Position numbers and translations under genes: made by a program. Below are positions 63,967-64,000 of a stretch of DNA of 64,000 bases, piece after piece. Source of the stretch: Podarcis cretensis (taxonomy: Eukaryota); NCBI GenBank assembly GCA_951804945.1, contig OX638157.1, forward strand, positions 30,256,001 through 30,320,000, in the 5' to 3' direction. A model generated the notes under the pieces. It had not been told where the DNA came from, made no database searches, and saw nothing but the letters and a program-made list of their open reading frames with translations. Position 1 is the first letter of the stretch; each line of letters begins with the position of its first letter.

Positions 63967-64000
63967 GTATGTAGTATATATATATTATTTATCATTATTT

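Noticed and set aside
1-64000. CRISPR array, rRNA, operon or autonomous transposase/RT
   Set aside because: None seen; the window is a vertebrate intron-exon locus with only non-autonomous or truncated elements

Overview
Eukaryotic (squamate, most likely lacertid lizard) genomic DNA containing the 5' part of one very large multi-exon gene on the + strand: BLTP1 (KIAA1109; tweek/lpd-3 orthologue), a bridge-like lipid transfer protein. I reconstructed 51 coding exons by hand (5108..63966). All introns are GT-AG and phase-consistent. The exons total 9285 nt (3095 codons) with no stop, and the translation follows human BLTP1 as I recall it, from MDPRNES... to ...YLRCVAE. The promoter lies upstream of the window and the gene continues past it. 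Introns carry a typical squamate repeat load: Sauria SINEs, tRNA-derived SINEs, L2/CR1/Penelope fragments, and hAT and Tc1/mariner MITEs with intact TSDs. No prokaryote-type system (CRISPR etc.) is present, and most ORFs in the supplied track are intronic noise. The best leads are unannotated-looking transcript structure: a candidate internal first exon, a candidate 81-nt cassette exon, a 51-nt microexon with an RBFOX-motif cluster plus a nearby poison/micro-exon, and an in-frame uORF-bearing 5' exon. Also notable are a phospho-FFAT/LIR/polybasic motif cluster and several palindromic MITEs. All are hypotheses needing RNA-seq or alignment.
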